From sequence record NZ_CP110904.1: a DNA stretch of 64,000 nt; one strand, given 5' to 3'. The notes under the pieces are model-generated. The model was not told the origin of the DNA, searched no databases, and saw nothing but the letters and a program-made list of their open reading frames with translations. Below are positions 63,122 to 64,000 of the stretch, piece after piece. Every line of letters starts with the position of its first letter. Position 1 is the stretch's first letter. Source of the stretch: a plasmid. A program made the translations under genes and the position numbers.

Positions 63122-63501
63122 TTTTTTTAAGGCAGTTATTGGTGCCCTTAAACGCCTGGTTGCTACGCCTGAATAAGTGATAATAAGCGGATGAATGGCA
63201 GAAATTCGAAAGCAAATTCGACCCGGTCGTCGGTTCAGGGCAGGGTCGTTAAATAGCCGCTTATGTCTATTGCTGGTTTACCGGTTTATTGACTACCGGA
63301 AGCAGTGTGACCGTGTGCTTCTCAAATGCCTGAGGCCAGTTTGCTCAGGCTCTCCCCGTGGAGGTAATAATTGACGATATGATCATTTATTCTGCCTCCC
63401 AGAGCCTGATAAAAACGGTTAGCGCCGGGGTTGGATTTTTCAGCGTTCCAGCTAAGGCTAAGGCATTCCTGTTCAAGCGCAAGCCGGGCTATAAAGCGCA
63501 T

Positions 63502-64000
63502 GGTAATGACTCCAACTTATTGATAGTGTTTTATGTTCAGATAATGCCCGATGACTTTGTCATGCAGCTCCACCGATTTTGAGAACGACAGCGACTTCCG
63601 TCCCAGCCGTGCCAGGTGCTGCCTCAGATTCAGGTTATGCCGCTCAATTCGCTGCGTATATCGCTTGCTGATTACGTGCAGCTTTCCCTTCAGGCGGGAT
63701 TCATACAGCGGCCAGCCATCCGTCATCCATATCACCACGTCAAAGGGTGACAGCAGGCTCATAAGACGCCCCAGCGTCGCCATAGTGCGTTCACCGAATA
63801 CGTGCGCAACAACCGTCTTCCGGAGCCTGTCATACGCGTAAAACAGCCAGCGCTGGCGCGATTTAGCCCCGACGTATCCCCACTGTTCGTCCATTTCCGC
63901 GCAGACGATGACGTCACTGCCCGGCTGTATGCGCGAGGTTACCGACTGCGGCCTGAGTTTTTTAAATGGCGGAAAATCGTGTTGAGGCCAACGCCCATAA
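63502..64000 (-). mobile_element. IS1, partial (runs off the window end)
   Basis: End GGTAATGACTCCAACTT at 63502. The insB fragment at 63517-63894 has the same orientation as the IS1 at 61471, giving a Tn9-like IS1-catA1-IS1 unit. Confidence 0.9.

Noticed and set aside
63283-63501. Short minus-strand ORF (MRFIARLALEQECLSLSWNAEKSNPGANRFYQALGG…) abutting the last IS1
   Set aside because: It may be the truncated acetyltransferase remnant that accompanies Tn9-type cat regions. It is below the size cutoff and I cannot verify it, so it is not reported as a feature.

Overview
This 64-kb window reads as a mosaic segment of a large multiresistance plasmid from an enterobacterial host, judged from the IS1, Tn21-family, class 1 integron and Tn9 content.

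- **1-11 kb, accessory block:**
  - two paralogous HNH-motif nuclease genes with small membrane and lipoprotein ORFs between them;
  - an IS3-family transposase remnant next to a putative replication-initiator tail and iteron-like repeats;
  - a tyrosine recombinase interrupted by an in-frame amber codon;
  - a GC-rich (~65%), translationally coupled three-gene operon of unknown function at 6722-8840, whose third gene has a truncated paralog at 57402-57665;
  - an OafA-type acyltransferase.
- **11-29 kb, stress/redox island, bounded on the left by a complete IS1:**
  - UvrB-like (last codons supplied by the IS1 end) and UvrA-like paralogs;
  - frmR-frmA-frmB, a second frmR-like repressor, an Fe-ADH and NDH-2;
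  - a cytochrome bd oxidase operon with a CydX-like small ORF.
- **30-36 kb:** two diverged IS1111-group (IS110-family) elements, each butted against a Tn3-family-IR-like sequence; one interrupts rcnA.
- **36.7-64 kb, resistance region:**
  - an IS1 truncated by a Tn21-type IR;
  - a Tn3-family remnant with a Hin-like serine recombinase and a HepT/MntA toxin-antitoxin pair;
  - a Tn1696/Tn21-like transposon carrying a class 1 integron (intI1 5'-truncated exactly at Pc; aac(6')-Ib-cr, blaOXA-1, catB3, arr-3, qacEdelta1, sul1, orf5, IS6100) and a mer operon whose merT carries a 15-bp x5 in-frame tandem repeat;
  - nested Tn1000-like and Tn1721-like tnpA fragments and a Tn5393 end carrying strA-strB;
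  - an AT-rich segment with an MBL-fold gene;
  - a Tn9-like IS1-catA1-IS1 unit.

No CRISPR array, rRNA or tRNA was seen. All coordinates were hand-indexed and may be off by 1-2 nt.
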